64,000 nt of DNA from Deltaproteobacteria bacterium. Lineage in GTDB: Bacteria > Acidobacteriota > Thermoanaerobaculia > Multivoradales > JAHZIX01. Made by a program: the position numbers and the translations under genes. Where the stretch lies: positions 102,668-166,667 of the forward strand of contig JAHZIX010000041.1 in NCBI GenBank assembly GCA_022601195.1, in the 5' to 3' direction. This document shows positions 63,634-64,000 of this stretch, piece after piece. Under the pieces are notes generated by a model, which worked only from the letters and a program-made list of their open reading frames with translations, was not told the origin of the DNA and did not search any database. Numbering within the stretch: position 1 is the stretch's first letter; each line of letters begins with the position of its first letter.

Positions 63634-64000
63634 GTGAACGGACAATCTCTAACTCAGCTCGCACCTGCCGCACTGGTCTTTCTCGCCTTCAGCTCGAGCA
63701 TCCCCTCCTCAGCCTTGGCTCAGAGCGCTCAGCAAAAGGAGCTTCAGCCCGCCCCTCTGGAAGTTCAACAGATTGCCGCCGACCTGATTTACCTCAACGG
63801 AGGCCGTTCCCATGGATTGCAGGTCGGCAGTCGTCTCGAAGTGTTGCGTGGCCAGGAGAAGATTGGCGAAGTGGAGGTCGCATTCGTGACCGATCGTTCT
63901 GCCTCTTGCAGGATCATCGAAAGCTCTACCGCCTTCGAAGTAGGAAACAGGCTTCACTTAATCCAAACTTCCCAGAATTCTAACCAGGAGCCAACTGCTC
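63634..64000 (+). CDS. secreted hypothetical protein, N-terminal part (continues beyond window)
   Basis: GTG at 63634 preceded by GGGAGA (an in-frame ATG at 63619 is also possible). Signal-peptide-like LAPAALVFLAFSSSIPSSALAQS. Open to the window end. Confidence 0.45.
   Translation, partial: MNGQSLTQLAPAALVFLAFSSSIPSSALAQSAQQKELQPAPLEVQQIAADLIYLNGGRSHGLQVGSRLEVLRGQEKIGEVEVAFVTDRSASCRIIESSTAFEVGNRLHLIQTSQNSNQEPTA

Noticed and set aside
62648-63673. 341-aa minus-strand ORF
   Set aside because: Fully antisense to the multihaem cytochrome gene. Its length is a by-product of the GC-rich, repeat-rich sense sequence; no motifs, and the sense strand has overwhelming CxxCH evidence.
1-64000. CRISPR arrays, tRNA/rRNA genes, transposase or integrase genes
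   Set aside because: No regularly spaced repeat-spacer array, no tRNA cloverleaf hallmarks (T-loop GTTCRA plus acceptor pairing) in any intergenic region, and no DDE/tyrosine-recombinase motifs in any frame.

Overview
GC-rich (~60-65%) bacterial chromosomal segment, densely coding on both strands; about 47 protein genes are supported. No rRNA, tRNA, CRISPR array, transposase or integrase was recognised. The ORF track uses TTG/GTG as well as ATG starts, and several starts were re-set to internal codons with a Shine-Dalgarno motif; those coordinates are my own reading. Housekeeping genes: parE-parC (topoisomerase IV), lepA, hemW, fhs, dusA, an RlmD/RumA-type RNA methyltransferase, a Ski2-like helicase, an AbgT transporter and two tandem ZIP metal transporters. 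Accessory content is heavy. There are two giant secreted multidomain proteins of ~1300 and ~1540 aa, secreted S8 and M4 peptidases, a CRTAC1/FG-GAP protein, several small secreted Cys-rich or repeat proteins and a GGDEF protein. A regulatory island holds two ECF sigma factors, an anti-sigma factor and a TPR Ser/Thr kinase. Most notable findings: (i) a porin-cytochrome electron-conduit module at 42.2-47.0 kb. A periplasmic decahaem cytochrome (MtrA/MtoA/PioA-like) sits next to an MtrB/PioB-like outer-membrane barrel. A divergent translationally coupled operon encodes a monohaem cytochrome, a CymA/NapC-NirT tetrahaem quinol dehydrogenase and a small membrane protein. This is the gene set of Fe(II)-oxidising/metal-reducing extracellular electron transfer systems. 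(ii) A 19-haem cytochrome built from tandemly duplicated trihaem modules, next to two tandem orphan OmpR-family regulators. (iii) A pair of ~180-bp imperfect inverted repeats, each with its own terminal inverted repeat, bracketing the Ser/Thr kinase gene. (iv) Three unrelated in-frame 15-bp tandem repeat tracts plus other short direct repeats in promoter regions. (v) Poly-aspartate C-terminal tails on two calcium-repeat secreted proteins. Intrinsic terminators and a ~1-kb gene-free stretch with an AT-rich patch and perfect palindromes are also noted.
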